NCBI RefSeq assembly: GCF_004010195.1
Contig: NC_057719.1
Coordinates: 21,342,418 to 21,406,417 of the forward strand
Reading direction: 5' to 3'
Length of the DNA stretch: 64,000 nt
Source: Chiloscyllium plagiosum
Lineage: Eukaryota
The number at the start of each line of letters is the position of its first letter. Position 1 is the stretch's first letter. Of the stretch, positions 63,795 to 64,000 are shown one piece after another. The position numbers were made by a program, and so were the translations under genes. A model generated the notes under the pieces. It had not been told where the DNA came from. It was given only the letters and a program-made list of their open reading frames with translations, and made no database searches.

Positions 63795-64000
63795 CATAGA
63801 ATCTCTACAGTGTGGAAGCAGCCCATTCAACCCATCAAGTTCACATCAACCCTCTGAAGAGCATCCCACCCAGACCCCGCCTCCGTCCCTGCAACCCTGC
63901 ATTCCCCATGGGTAACCCACCTAGACTACACATCCCTGAACACTACGGGCAATTTAGCATGGGCAATGCACCTAACCTGCACATTTTTGGATTGTGGGAG
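63795..64000 (-). mobile_element. HE1-type SINE, 3' part (runs off the window)
   Basis: Reverse complement of the HE1 tail and body. Confidence 0.88.

Overview
Eukaryotic, repeat-rich, essentially non-coding window, almost certainly from an elasmobranch (shark/ray). The basis is several HE1-type V-SINEs, CR1/HER1-like LINEs sharing their 3' tail, and a DeuSINE-like copy. I found no convincing host-gene exon; the ORFs in the track are transposon fragments, N-gap artefacts or noise. The window is dominated by Penelope-like retroelements (PLEs) of at least 4-5 families. Their evidence includes a YIDD RT fragment, a Cys-rich linker, Neptune-type GIY-YIG endonucleases and pseudo-LTRs carrying minimal hammerhead ribozymes. 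They occur as solo ~100-bp units, palindromic head-to-head pairs and nested insertions, mostly with 8-17 bp target-site duplications (TSDs). Also present are many CR1 fragments, Rex1/Babar and RTE fragments, fossil PIF/Harbinger transposase remnants, and two copies of a CR1/L2-group LINE that begins with a tRNA-like (SINE-like) head and lacks ORF1. The two most interesting observations are the SINE-headed, ORF1-less LINE and the stereotyped hammerhead mini-retroelements, whose 5' ends cluster at the ribozyme edge and whose inverted pairs show a long-arm/short-arm asymmetry. All three N-gaps (3110-4081, 39230-39836, 60811-61787) lie inside young PLE copies. All calls are by eye; no database search was run.
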